From the IMG/VR virus record IMGVR_UViG_3300037454_000478, positions 122,449 to 152,037 of that record: a DNA stretch of 29,589 nt, one strand, 5' to 3'. This document shows positions 8,216 through 17,625 of this stretch, piece by piece; position 1 is the first letter of the stretch; every line of letters starts with the position of its first letter. Source of the stretch: a virus (Duplodnaviria; Heunggongvirae; Uroviricota; Caudoviricetes). The notes under the pieces are model-generated. The model had not been told where the DNA came from. It saw nothing but the letters and a program-made list of their open reading frames with translations, and searched no databases. Position numbers and translations under genes: made by a program.

Positions 8216-9829
8216 TTATTTTACCATGTTTATTATCGAATACTCCGATACTCCGGCATGCATAACTACCTTGATAACACCGTCAAGGTATTGTGGATTG
8301 ATTGGAGAGTGTGAAATTAGGAACATCACATCCCGGTCATCAAGGGTATCCCGTAGTAAACCACACATTGTATCTCGGAGATCCGCATCTATGTTTCCTA
8401 TAAGTTCATCAAGGAAATACAGGTTAAAATCAATTTGTGTGATGAATGTTTTGATAAACGCCAATATGATAATCATATCGATCACCTTCTTTTGTCCGGT
8501 GGACAAACTGGATATTGGCATCATCTCCCCATACGGATTTTTCATCATACACTTGAAATTCTCATCATAATTAATTATGTAATTTTGATGGGCCAATTTG
8601 AGGTAATTATCAATATGGGTGTTGATGGACGGAATTATGGAGGATATGATGGTTGGTCTCACCGTATCACGGATGAAATCAATCATTTCTTGGTACTCCT
8701 GTATGTTTCGTCTCAATTCATCAAGCATCTTATTTGATTCCTTGATCGTTTGATTATGACGTTCCTTTTCCGTCTTGTGACGTTTGATTATCTCAACATA
8801 TTGTTTTGTCTTAAACTTCTCCGCATTGAGGCTGGTGAGGTAATCATCGAGTTTCCCCTCCTGTTCACTCATTTCACCTTGGAAGTCAAGTACCGCCTTG
8901 CAATCCTTCTCGGAGATTTCATTTAGCCGGATTTCGTCCTTTTCCAATACGGTGAGTTCCTGCTGGAGATGTTCCTTGTGTTTTTCATCTATTGGTTGTC
9001 CGCATAATGGACAGGTTGCTCCGGATAGTTGTTTGATGGACTTTTTCATTTCCTTCATTTTACTAACAACCACCCTATGTTCCGCAACACTTCCATCCGC
9101 TATGCCATTAAGTCGCCGGAGCTCTTTCCGGTTGGCTTCACGGATATCCCTGAATTCTTTTTCCTTCTTTTCAATCAATTGATTGATGGCATCCAACGAA
9201 ACATATGTAGGTATCTCCGGCAATAACCGGTCAATGGTATCAATTGAGGCCTGTGCTGCTCGTTTATCGGATTCGATTTGTGATACTCTTATATTAATAT
9301 CTTTGATCTGCTCCTTGCACCATTCCTCATATGCCGTTAGTTTATCAAACGATATGGTTGAATTTAGGAAATCCCTGGATTCCTGTGTATTAAGGGTTGA
9401 AAGCGATTTGAAGTTATTAAATGATATAACACATAGTAATTCCAGGGTTTGACGAGGAATGTCATACCATTCATTTTCAAGTATACCTTGTATGGAACGT
9501 TTATCGGAGGCAATGACCTCCTCCCCATCGGCAGTGGCTGTCAATGGAGATTGTCCGTATGCGTTAATCTCCCGGCGGATATATATACGGGTATTTTTAC
9601 AATACACCCAAGTTTCCACCAATGCATGTTTCTTACCCCATGATATAAGGGATTCATTTGTTTTACCACGGACAGATCCGAACAATCCATATATTATTGC
9701 TTCACCAATGGTCGTTTTTCCTACTCCAACTGCTCCACTTATCTCCCATAAACCATTCATTTCCTGAAAGTTAAGGTCAAGTTCCGATATCGACTTGAAG
9801 TTGGAAAGCCTTATCCTATCAATCTGCAT
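8216..9829 (-). CDS. gp46: Rad50/SbcC-like SMC ATPase (T4 gp46-like)
   Basis: Walker A GAVGVGKTT, coiled coils around zinc hook CPLCG, ABC signature LSTGQ, Walker B YFLDE and H-loop ISH. Confidence 0.93.
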   Translation of the reverse strand: MQIDRIRLSNFKSISELDLNFQEMNGLWEISGAVGVGKTTIGEAIIYGLFGSVRGKTNESLISWGKKHALVETWVYCKNTRIYIRREINAYGQSPLTATADGEEVIASDKRSIQGILENEWYDIPRQTLELLCVISFNNFKSLSTLNTQESRDFLNSTISFDKLTAYEEWCKEQIKDINIRVSQIESDKRAAQASIDTIDRLLPEIPTYVSLDAINQLIEKKEKEFRDIREANRKELRRLNGIADGSVAEHRVVVSKMKEMKKSIKQLSGATCPLCGQPIDEKHKEHLQQELTVLEKDEIRLNEISEKDCKAVLDFQGEMSEQEGKLDDYLTSLNAEKFKTKQYVEIIKRHKTEKERHNQTIKESNKMLDELRRNIQEYQEMIDFIRDTVRPTIISSIIPSINTHIDNYLKLAHQNYIINYDENFKCMMKNPYGEMMPISSLSTGQKKVIDMIIILAFIKTFITQIDFNLYFLDELIGNIDADLRDTMCGLLRDTLDDRDVMFLISHSPINPQYLDGVIKVVMHAGVSEYSIINMVK

Positions 9830-9894
9830 TATTTCATGGTCAATTTCTTTACATAGTTAATATATGAGAACTTATAAAAAACTTAAATATATAC

Positions 9895-9925
9895 GTTAAT
9901 ATAGTGCAATTTCCGTTTATATAGG
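9895..9925 (+). promoter_or_regulatory. Phage promoter class GTTAA-N17-TTATATA, copy 2
   Basis: GTTAA 9895-9899, 17-nt spacer, TTATATAGG 9917-9925, AAAGGAAAGGA 9932-9942, ATG 9950. Confidence 0.7.
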
Positions 9926-9949
9926 TACATAAAAGGAAAGGAAAACACC

Positions 9950-10786
9950 ATGAATACCAAGGTTAACACAACGATCATCAAGGAGACCGAAAAAGCCTAT
10001 CAGCTCACCGTTGAGTACTGGACCTCCGACACTGCCCCTATCAAGACCGCCACTATGTGGGTTCCCAAGAGCCAATGCACCGTGGAGGCCGGCCAAGTCA
10101 CCGAGATCGCCGACTGGATCCTGAACCAGTGGGTTGCCCAACGCAATGATTATATGAAGAAAAACGGCTATTCCGACCATCGTCACTCCATCTGCTTCGA
10201 CATGGCTGAATACGAGCATATCAAGGCCGTGAAGAAGGCCAAGCAGGAGGCTTTTAAGGCCGAATTACAGGAAACCCTCGAGGCCACGGTCGCCTACGTG
10301 AAGCCCTACGCCGATCGTTACATGAGCGAGTTGGCCCATGATGCACAGTTCATCTATGACAACTATAAGGATTCCGGCATCCTTCCGGCCGAGATCGTGG
10401 ACGCCATCAAGGATATCGCCGCCGAGATCTCCAAGGTGTTTGGCTCCACCGCCGCTGTCGTTGGAATCAGCAAGGAGATCGCTGATTCTTGGTGGGACAC
10501 CTTCGTTGAGAAGCACAGTACATTTGAATCCGTTCGCGATTACCTTTGGTTTGAGCTCGGTGAACACCGCTGTGTGTACGGAGTCAACATTTTTGGATAC
10601 GAGACCCGTAACAAAATCAAGCTGGGTAACGGAATGCCGGTCAGCGAAAACATGCTTTCGCAGGTTATCGGTGGTACCACCGACCCCAAGGACACATTGC
10701 TTGGTAAGAAGTTCAAAAAGAACTGGGATCTCTACAACAGATTCATCGACATCGTGAACAGAATGTTTTACCTCACCAAAAAGTAA
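9950..10786 (+). CDS. Hypothetical protein (likely early); small N-terminal ETEKA...WVPKSQ domain
   Basis: 278 aa ORF with promoter and SD-like motif; C/G-ending codons are visibly preferred. Confidence 0.8.
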   Translation: MNTKVNTTIIKETEKAYQLTVEYWTSDTAPIKTATMWVPKSQCTVEAGQVTEIADWILNQWVAQRNDYMKKNGYSDHRHSICFDMAEYEHIKAVKKAKQEAFKAELQETLEATVAYVKPYADRYMSELAHDAQFIYDNYKDSGILPAEIVDAIKDIAAEISKVFGSTAAVVGISKEIADSWWDTFVEKHSTFESVRDYLWFELGEHRCVYGVNIFGYETRNKIKLGNGMPVSENMLSQVIGGTTDPKDTLLGKKFKKNWDLYNRFIDIVNRMFYLTKK

Positions 10787-10793
10787 GAAGCCA

Positions 10794-10853
10794 TGCCCCG
10801 TATAAGAGACCGAACCTAACGCGTAAAACCGCAATAAAATCGAATATATTTTA
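10794..10853 (+). repeat. Degenerate copy of the intergenic element at 15581 and 25001
   Basis: Anchors TGCCCC-TATAA, ACGCG and AAATCG(A/C)ATATATTTTA occur in the same order and similar spacing as on the minus strand of 15570-15629. Confidence 0.45.
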
Positions 10854-10869
10854 TAGAACAATTATTAAC

Positions 10870-10889
10870 TGGGGGCCAAAAAGCCCCCA
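10870..10889. other. GC-rich hairpin TGGGGGC-CAAAAA-GCCCCCA upstream of the 10911 gene
   Basis: 7-bp stem with no U-tract on the plus strand, so not a canonical terminator. Confidence 0.45.
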
Positions 10890-10910
10890 TAAAACGTATA
10901 CAACTTCGCA

Positions 10911-11204
10911 ATGGAAAAGAATATCAAATCCGGCACAATCGAACTTGCCGAAGAACTCAAAGTAAAACTCCAGCACGGAAAGACCCATTTTTGGTTCCTT
11001 AAAGACAATGGTGAGGAACGTGAGGCATACGGAACACTCAAACTCTCCGATATTCCGGAGGATAAGCATCCCAAAGGCACCGGGAAATCAAGTCCATTTG
11101 TCATCGTGTTCTTCGATCTTGAAAAAGAAGCATGGCGTTCATGCAAGAATACGAGTATTATCGCCATTGAGTCAACCCGTAACGACCGTTCAACCCTAAT
11201 CTGA
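10911..11204 (+). CDS. SH3-like beta-barrel protein (WYL_2/DUF2693-like)
   Basis: Pattern F-x-F-x-K-DNGEEREAYGTL...FFDLEKEAWRS, typical of this phage family. Confidence 0.7.
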   Translation: MEKNIKSGTIELAEELKVKLQHGKTHFWFLKDNGEEREAYGTLKLSDIPEDKHPKGTGKSSPFVIVFFDLEKEAWRSCKNTSIIAIESTRNDRSTLI

Positions 11205-11209
11205 ATGAC

Positions 11210-11647
11210 ATGAAAAAATTACTCATAATTTTATTCATCCTCATCTGTGGGATCTCCGTTGGGCAAATATGGGAACCGGCAGACCCTATAGGGGTAACCT
11301 ATTTTGAACCGGTAACTGGTACCCACATTACTATCACACCATCTTCCATCAACGTTACAACAACTGCGGAATATACCGGAATATCCACTCCTGTGAAGAT
11401 GGAAATCACTGCATATGATTCTCTCGGTCATTTCGATGGTAGAAGAACCATTTCATTACCATTTAACGATACGGAGATCTGTAAACGTATCGACAAATAC
11501 AACACAACTACATCGGGTGAGTTTGTATTTACGGTTTTTGGCAAACCCAACTATCCGGCAAATCACCTTATATGTTATAGTGTAATTATATTTACCTATA
11601 AAGCTCAACAAAGGTACGAGGAGTATCTCAAATCCATATATCGATGA
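11210..11647 (+). CDS. Secreted or periplasmic hypothetical protein
   Basis: MKKLLIILFILICGISVG signal-peptide-like N-terminus. Confidence 0.7.
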   Translation: MKKLLIILFILICGISVGQIWEPADPIGVTYFEPVTGTHITITPSSINVTTTAEYTGISTPVKMEITAYDSLGHFDGRRTISLPFNDTEICKRIDKYNTTTSGEFVFTVFGKPNYPANHLICYSVIIFTYKAQQRYEEYLKSIYR

Positions 11648-12048
11648 GAAATTATAGGAAATTCACCAAAGACCAACGCAGTACGTTCCCGTACTGGTTT
11701 TGGCATTGGTTAGCATTCAATGATGTGGCACGTGAACTACATGCTTGGAAGTTTCACCACCTCTTCCACGACATTGAAAAACCATTTTTGCGTCTTATAC
11801 TCCCCTATGAAAAGGTACAAAAATGGCACCGTACCCACAACAAGCACCATCTTGAATATAAGTATCCGGAGCGCCGTAATTGGATTGATATGTTCATTGA
11901 TTGGGAGGCATCCAGTCGTACAAAACAGGCGTGTCCTTGGAATGCGCTTGAGGAGGCACGTATCAAGCTTAATGAAGGCTCCATGAATACGGAGGAATAC
12001 AATCAATTCATCAATGCATGGAGAGAACTAATATACAAACAGGATTAG
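11644..12048 (+). CDS. HD-like metal-binding protein (DUF5662-like)
   Basis: H...HDIEK...HRTHNKHHLEY...DMFIDW pattern; ATGA overlap with the upstream gene. Confidence 0.55.
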   Translation: MRNYRKFTKDQRSTFPYWFWHWLAFNDVARELHAWKFHHLFHDIEKPFLRLILPYEKVQKWHRTHNKHHLEYKYPERRNWIDMFIDWEASSRTKQACPWNALEEARIKLNEGSMNTEEYNQFINAWRELIYKQD

Positions 12049-12108
12049 TTTGAGAAATATATCATCCAAACCTATTATTTAGAAAATAAACCCAATGAAA
12101 TAGGTGGT

Positions 12109-12522
12109 ATGAAAAATCTCGAAACATGTATAATGGAAGCAAGTTTGGATAAGGATTTTCTCTATGATATCCTTATCTCCGTTATTGAGAATAACAGAAC
12201 GGTTTATGATAAATGCACGGCATTGGCCGCAGCTATCGCCAAGAAGGCAAACCGTGGTGAACGTCCTGATTTCAATTATCTTGCAGAATCTTCCGCAGTT
12301 GATAAACTCGTTGCGGATGCCTTCAAGATTTATGTTGCCGAGTACAGTTCCCCGGGTATGCGCCTTGGTACTGCCGAACGCAAGGAACTCAAAAAGTGGC
12401 TTGCCGCCAGGGTATTCCATATCCTTGAGGATGAAATGGATGGTCTCACAGAGGATGAAATCAAGGCCTTTGAAGATAACCCATATTACAGCGCTGGTAA
12501 CTTTGGCGACATCTATAAATAA
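12109..12522 (+). CDS. Putative internal head protein (CTS-like N-terminus)
   Basis: 137 aa, starts MKNLETCIME|A. Confidence 0.7.
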   Translation: MKNLETCIMEASLDKDFLYDILISVIENNRTVYDKCTALAAAIAKKANRGERPDFNYLAESSAVDKLVADAFKIYVAEYSSPGMRLGTAERKELKKWLAARVFHILEDEMDGLTEDEIKAFEDNPYYSAGNFGDIYK

Positions 12523-12533
12523 ATCGTTTACCC

Positions 12534-12995
12534 ATGAAATCACTATACGAATATATCGTGGGTGAATCCGCTCGTCCTGATTGGGGGCCTGCCGTGGAGG
12601 ATTTTTTGAAGAAGGTTAAAAAATATGTGGATCTCACCAAAAACCCATATGAAAGCGGCGGTTTCATTGAGTATCAGGCTAAATTCTGCCCTGTATCTTT
12701 ACGCGTAAGAACCGCATTATATATCAGCGAGCCACAGCTACCAAGATACACGTATATGCCTGCCAGTGCAGGAGAAGATGCCGATATACAAATCAGATTG
12801 TTGGATCATATCTCTCCGGCCAAGAATAATTTTGAAAAGGCTCTTTTCAATAAATTCAAGGAGCTTGGTGTAAGGGAAGCAAACCGGTGGAATTGTGCCC
12901 AGTGGGGTACATGGAAATTCATCCCAAGAGACCCGGACGAATTGGTTAAAATGACCAAAGTAGTGGTGGATCTTATGAAGAAATACAAACTATAA
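12534..12995 (+). CDS. Putative internal head protein (CTS-like N-terminus)
   Basis: 153 aa, starts MKSLYEYIVGE|S. Confidence 0.7.
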   Translation: MKSLYEYIVGESARPDWGPAVEDFLKKVKKYVDLTKNPYESGGFIEYQAKFCPVSLRVRTALYISEPQLPRYTYMPASAGEDADIQIRLLDHISPAKNNFEKALFNKFKELGVREANRWNCAQWGTWKFIPRDPDELVKMTKVVVDLMKKYKL

Positions 12996-13001
12996 TTGTA
13001 T

Positions 13002-13469
13002 ATGAAAACATTATACGAATGCATCAATGAAACACTTGGCTATCCGGAGATCATCAAACCGGGGTTGGATAAATTCTGCCGTCAAATATCCAAAACATTG
13101 GAAAATGTGGATGTCGAGGAGTTTTTCAAACTTTTTGGGGAAACCTATAAAGACCAACCAAGAAAACCGGATTCGTGGCTTCGTGGTGGTACCGGATGTT
13201 TTTCGGATGATGCAACGTGGGCACTCGTGCATGGGTACTTGTGCTATGACAATTATGGTGATTATGTGAGCTTCTTACACAAGCCAACAGATGCACAACT
13301 TGCCAAGGCAACGGAATACTTGGAGAAATCGGTAAAGAAGCTTTTGGGAGAGGACAAGAAACTTTGGAAATCATTTGATACAAAAGTCAGGGTATATGTC
13401 CTCAAATACAACTCATATTACCAACCAAAAGGTACTTACGGTATTGGAGTTGACTTTACCTTTAAGTAA
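13002..13469 (+). CDS. Putative internal head protein (CTS-like N-terminus)
   Basis: ATG 13002 preferred to the track TTG at 12996; starts MKTLYECINE|T. Confidence 0.7.
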   Translation: MKTLYECINETLGYPEIIKPGLDKFCRQISKTLENVDVEEFFKLFGETYKDQPRKPDSWLRGGTGCFSDDATWALVHGYLCYDNYGDYVSFLHKPTDAQLAKATEYLEKSVKKLLGEDKKLWKSFDTKVRVYVLKYNSYYQPKGTYGIGVDFTFK

Positions 13470-13493
13470 TCACACATAAACACGAAACATACG

Positions 13494-13523
13494 AAGGATC
13501 CATCCGTGGATCCTTTATTTTTT
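13494..13523 (+). terminator. Intrinsic terminator
   Basis: AAGGATCCA-TCCG-TGGATCCTT stem-loop followed by a T-rich run. Confidence 0.75.
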
Positions 13524-13544
13524 ATATGATTAAACTTACATAAT

Positions 13545-14231
13545 ATGGGAATATTTGATAAAGCAAGACAATGGCGTGAAAAACGTAAGGCCATAAAGCA
13601 AAACAAGACAAATCAAAAGGTCGAGGAGAACCTCCCACAGGAGGCCGGGCCGAATTATTCCCTTATTAAGCAGATCAAGAAAACCCCATACTATAGCAAA
13701 TCACCTTCGGATGGCGATTCAAATGCACGTAAGTTTATCACCGATCATGTAGCCGCCGGCGGTGCCGGAAATATTGTTCCGGGTCAACTTATACTTTTTG
13801 AATATTTCGAGCCAAAAACAAAGGAGGAACTTGAATATTATGATGCTTCACCTTGCACAATATTCTTTAATGTGATCAATACAAAGGATGGAAAACGTGT
13901 CCTTGGTTTCAATATACATTATTACCCTCCAAAAATGAGACAGCAGGTAATGAACCGGATATTTGAGATATACAAACCAATATATACCAAATACTTCAAA
14001 TCCGGAGCCAAAGCATCCGTGGATGCATTTGATTATAGGTATCTCATTGCCGCATTGGAAAAGGCTGGGCTCGGATTTGGTGTCCGTATGTATATCCCCA
14101 ATCTTATCGGGCAGATATGGAAAGTTCCGCCACAAATGTGGCATATTGCGGTATTTACGGAAGGATGGTTTAAGAAACAAACCCGTACCGCAATATTAAG
14201 GTACTGGAACCAATGGAGAAAAAAGCACTAA
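13545..14231 (+). CDS. gp2: DNA end protector protein (T4 gp2-like)
   Basis: GQLILFEYFEPKTK...YYDASP...LGFNIHYYPP...R pattern and C-terminal RMY...W, as in gp2 homologues. Confidence 0.8.
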   Translation: MGIFDKARQWREKRKAIKQNKTNQKVEENLPQEAGPNYSLIKQIKKTPYYSKSPSDGDSNARKFITDHVAAGGAGNIVPGQLILFEYFEPKTKEELEYYDASPCTIFFNVINTKDGKRVLGFNIHYYPPKMRQQVMNRIFEIYKPIYTKYFKSGAKASVDAFDYRYLIAALEKAGLGFGVRMYIPNLIGQIWKVPPQMWHIAVFTEGWFKKQTRTAILRYWNQWRKKH

Positions 14232-14656
14232 CGGTGTGAGTGTAACTTTCGGTATTGGATGTATGTTGATATCTCGTGTGAGATAATCCGGCGGATCTCC
14301 TCAATACTTGTTTTGGCGAACCAATCACGGAACTCCTTATCAGTATTAAACATGAGCTCGCTTTTTATGCGAGTATAGCAGAAATATACGGAATCCAATG
14401 TCGGGTTCCACATTTTACCTTGCTCGCCGGCTGATTTTGTTTGATAAACAATATAGTCATTCGTATATTGTTTCACGATATTTTCAAATTCCTCCAACCT
14501 TGGTGTTTCCTCAAGTTTCTTCTGTCTGTACTCCGCAGATAACTGATATACTTTATTCATATCAATTGGCTCCGGAGTATTGGTATTACTCGGTTCAATG
14601 ATGGATTGAGGATTAAATTCAGGATCCTTATGTTTACGATATTTATAGAATGACAT
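14228..14656 (-). CDS. Hypothetical protein
   Basis: 142 aa, last gene of a tightly tiled minus-strand run; its stop overlaps the gp2 stop. Confidence 0.7.
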   Translation of the reverse strand: MSFYKYRKHKDPEFNPQSIIEPSNTNTPEPIDMNKVYQLSAEYRQKKLEETPRLEEFENIVKQYTNDYIVYQTKSAGEQGKMWNPTLDSVYFCYTRIKSELMFNTDKEFRDWFAKTSIEEIRRIISHEISTYIQYRKLHSHR

Positions 14657-14671
14657 GTATGTGAAATTTAT

Positions 14672-14842
14672 TTATGCACCTCCACCGTTTACCACGATAT
14701 CGTTTGCGTTAATATATAAATCATTGATTTGCCTTCTGATATTTACCGGAATTTCACTTTTTTTATGATCATTCAACAATTCATAAAGTTTATTCACTTC
14801 CGATTTGGTAAGGAGTAAGTGGTATCTTTTATGCATGACCAT
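14672..14842 (-). CDS. Small hypothetical protein (56 aa)
   Basis: ATG 14842 lies 2 nt after the upstream stop (MVMHKRYHLLLTKSEV...). Confidence 0.55.
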   Translation of the reverse strand: MVMHKRYHLLLTKSEVNKLYELLNDHKKSEIPVNIRRQINDLYINANDIVVNGGGA

Positions 14843-14844
14843 AT

Positions 14845-15108
14845 TTATATGAATTCCTTTATTTGGTCGCGTATCCATGCAACTGCACACGGATTATCCT
14901 TCTTGAATGTTTCCTCCACGCTGAAAAACAATGCACAAATACTATTGATTAATTCCTTTGATGGATTTTTATCCTTCCAAAATGTAATGGATGAGACGGT
15001 TCGGTATGCTATGCATCCACCAAATTCGGTACATAAAAATGTACCATCGGCCCGGCAATATTCGCAACCACATACATCCCTTGCTATTTTGTCACATTTG
15101 TCCGCCAT
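14845..15108 (-). CDS. Cys-rich hypothetical protein (87 aa), possibly metal-binding
   Basis: ATG 15108 lies 1 nt after the pth2 stop. MADKCDKIARDVCGCEYC...; 8 Cys. Confidence 0.6.
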   Translation of the reverse strand: MADKCDKIARDVCGCEYCRADGTFLCTEFGGCIAYRTVSSITFWKDKNPSKELINSICALFFSVEETFKKDNPCAVAWIRDQIKEFI

Positions 15109-15109
15109 A

Positions 15110-15541
15110 TCAAAATAACTGGAGGTCTTTTGTGAATTTGTCAATATCCTCACTCCAATAAGGCCCAATACCAATACAGGTGTTGGTTGGTACACCATGG
15201 AACTCCGTATTACCGGCGTCCGTGATTAAAACACATGGAATGTTGCTTTCACTGGTTATCCGGTTATACAAGGCAACCAATTCCTCATCATTTTCCACGC
15301 ACACACATATTTTCGTGAATATTCCGTTGAGCCATTTATCGAGTATTGAGTTTTCATCAAAACAAAACTGTATTAGATACTCTTTTCCAGTATCAATTGA
15401 TGTGGTTTCTTTTCTTGCAAATTTAAGAAGGGCGCCAACACTGGCATGGGCGACTTGGGCGGCAAGTTTTCCTTTACGTATGGAGTGCTCACCCTTGAGT
15501 AGATCCTTACGGAACACTATGACTTGTTTTACTTCAGCCAT
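15110..15541 (-). CDS. pth2: Peptidyl-tRNA hydrolase, Pth2 (archaeal/eukaryal type)
   Basis: KQVIVFRKDL...KGKLAAQVAHA, KICV, DAGNTEF...TCIGIGP and terminal LQLF. Confidence 0.93.
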   Translation of the reverse strand: MAEVKQVIVFRKDLLKGEHSIRKGKLAAQVAHASVGALLKFARKETTSIDTGKEYLIQFCFDENSILDKWLNGIFTKICVCVENDEELVALYNRITSESNIPCVLITDAGNTEFHGVPTNTCIGIGPYWSEDIDKFTKDLQLF

Positions 15542-15580
15542 TATGTAGAAATTTATTTATTCAATATACATTAAAATATA

Positions 15581-15672
15581 TGCGATTTAACAAGAGTTCT
15601 CCCGCGTCCTTTATAACTTTATAGGGGCACGGGAGAACTCTTGTTAAATCGCAAATAAACGCGGTTTATGCG
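15581..15672. repeat. Palindromic intergenic element, copy A (perfect 24-bp arms)
   Basis: Arms 15581-15604 and 15630-15653 are exact reverse complements around a 25-nt core; followed by AATAAACGCGGTTTATGCG. Confidence 0.9.
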
Positions 15673-15675
15673 AAT

Positions 15676-17625
15676 TTATTCTTCATCATCCTTCTTGGGT
15701 TTTTTCTTATTACCTTTATCGCCCTTTTTGGATGGTTTTTTCTTGCCTTTTTCCGGTTCGTCATTACCGTCCGATTTCTCGGATGAAGCGAAACCTTCGA
15801 CAACCGGTCGGTTATTCCTTTTATCTCTTAACTTCATCTGCTCCAATATCATGGATTTGACCTCTTCAAGCTCCTGCCTGATGGATTCAAATTCACCTCC
15901 ACTTTCATCATCGCTACCGGCAAGGTTAAGTTGCTCAATTTCCTCCTGCTTGTACTTTTCATTGAGCTTGATATCAGCATCCGACAAGTGTAAGTACTTC
16001 TGTACAAGGAATTTACTCGAGAAGTATTTGATTTCGTTACCCTCCTTGTCCATATCAATCATAGACTCCTTCATGTTTTGGATGAACTCAACGCGTTTAT
16101 CCATTAACTGAATCTGCATAAGTTCCTCGAAAAGGTTATATGATTTATATTGGACTTGGATACATGTTTGGAAATCCTTGACCGTTTGCATATCAGGGAT
16201 ATCCAAGCAGAGTTGTAACCACATTGGTTTAATGATGATTTGGGAGAATACATTACGTTGGCGGGCAACATAACGGCCAAAATCAATCTCCGAACGAAGG
16301 TAACTATCGGCATCCGTACCGAACCAGTTTTGGTCATTATCGTGGTCGAAACGATTTATAGGAATGTTGGAAACACCATATAGTTGATTCTTGAAGTATT
16401 TCAAGTAATCACTATCCATCAATTCCGGGCCATCTCCACCAAGGGTATCGATTTCCGGTGTACCGGCCTCGGATTCCGGCATCCAATACTCTTTGTTAAA
16501 TGGCATTTGCGCCTGTCCGTTGATGGTGAGCTCGCCAGTATCGGAGATAAATTTAATATCCTCACGATAACGATTCATGGCGGCGTTAAGGGTTTGGGAA
16601 CCACGGGCACGGTTCATACCTTTCACCGGAATAGTGAATTTCGTACGATATTGTGCGTTGGTAACCACCCAAATGATTTGTGCCTGCTCAATGATACGAT
16701 AAATATTATACGGGCGGACAAGACGTTCGAGATATGATAAACGCGAAATCGACTGTGTTTCTTGGAATTGGATATAAATGACCTGTGAATCAAGGAGTTT
16801 ACGTTCTTTACCATTGATACCGGCGAATTGAATCCAATACCATTTATCGTTTTCAAACTTCTTGGTAAGCGTAGCCGGATCGATAGGAACAAGACCAATG
16901 ATTTGGGTTGGCTTCTCCAACGAATCGTATACGATCTCAAACGCAATGATACCTTCAATCAACCAACGTTTGAAATCATCCCATGCCTTTGTACGCCATC
17001 CGAGCATACGATAGAAGCGTTTGAATGACTTGGTAATCGAATCATTGATTTTGTTTTGGATATCCTTGGAGAAATCAATCAAATCATTGTCATCAATATA
17101 CGGCTCCATGAAATACACATAGTTGGAATCGTATACGATGGATTCGTTTGTCATCTTATCAAGAATGTCCTCCAATTCCGGCTGCATGGCCAAGGCACGA
17201 AGTTGATCCCTCTTGGTGGTGAAATCCTTTTCAAAGAAATTACGATCCTTGTTGTCTTTCACCTTCCATGCGGAAAGAAGTTGATTGTATAGGGATGATG
17301 TGACTTCTTGCTTATCTTTCGGAAGAAGGTCTTTATCAGCCGGAAGGGCGCGCATGTTTTTAATCACCTGTTCATCCAACGACATACCCAAACGAGCCAT
17401 GTTCGAGAAGAATTTATTGATGGTTCGTTTGGATTTCTTCTCCTTCGCCGCAATTTCCGCCTGTGAGTATTTAGGTACATACCTCATCGTTTCCTTAAAA
17501 CCGGGAATGTTTGTGGTTTGACGATGATGGTCGGCTTCCGTCACATAGTCAAGAAGTCCCATATCATGGGCTTCATACAATGTTCTGAACCCAAATTCGG
17601 CGTCCTGTGATATATTGCTTTCCAT
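15676..17625 (-). CDS. gp20: Portal protein (T4 gp20-like)
   Basis: RPYNIYRIIEQAQIIWVVTNAQYRTKFTIPV, EYWMPESEAGTPEIDTLGG and YFKNQLYGVSNIPINR align with gp20 motifs; charged C-terminal tail. Confidence 0.9.
   Translation of the reverse strand: MESNISQDAEFGFRTLYEAHDMGLLDYVTEADHHRQTTNIPGFKETMRYVPKYSQAEIAAKEKKSKRTINKFFSNMARLGMSLDEQVIKNMRALPADKDLLPKDKQEVTSSLYNQLLSAWKVKDNKDRNFFEKDFTTKRDQLRALAMQPELEDILDKMTNESIVYDSNYVYFMEPYIDDNDLIDFSKDIQNKINDSITKSFKRFYRMLGWRTKAWDDFKRWLIEGIIAFEIVYDSLEKPTQIIGLVPIDPATLTKKFENDKWYWIQFAGINGKERKLLDSQVIYIQFQETQSISRLSYLERLVRPYNIYRIIEQAQIIWVVTNAQYRTKFTIPVKGMNRARGSQTLNAAMNRYREDIKFISDTGELTINGQAQMPFNKEYWMPESEAGTPEIDTLGGDGPELMDSDYLKYFKNQLYGVSNIPINRFDHDNDQNWFGTDADSYLRSEIDFGRYVARQRNVFSQIIIKPMWLQLCLDIPDMQTVKDFQTCIQVQYKSYNLFEELMQIQLMDKRVEFIQNMKESMIDMDKEGNEIKYFSSKFLVQKYLHLSDADIKLNEKYKQEEIEQLNLAGSDDESGGEFESIRQELEEVKSMILEQMKLRDKRNNRPVVEGFASSEKSDGNDEPEKGKKKPSKKGDKGNKKKPKKDDEE

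Noticed and set aside
10265-10861. 198-aa antisense ORF
   Set aside because: Shadow of the GC3-rich 9950 gene; TTG start with no leader, and no motifs.
11644-11673. MRNYRKFTKD as another CTS-like leader
   Set aside because: It lacks the I-x-E cleavage site shared by the others.
15619-15629. T7-like promoter end (TATAGGG) in the hairpin core
   Set aside because: The upstream T7 consensus is absent and there is no single-subunit RNAP in the window.
15581-15672. tRNA or IS/MITE call for the palindromic element
   Set aside because: No cloverleaf or T-loop motif. No transposase and no evident target-site duplication, so it was kept as an unexplained repeat.
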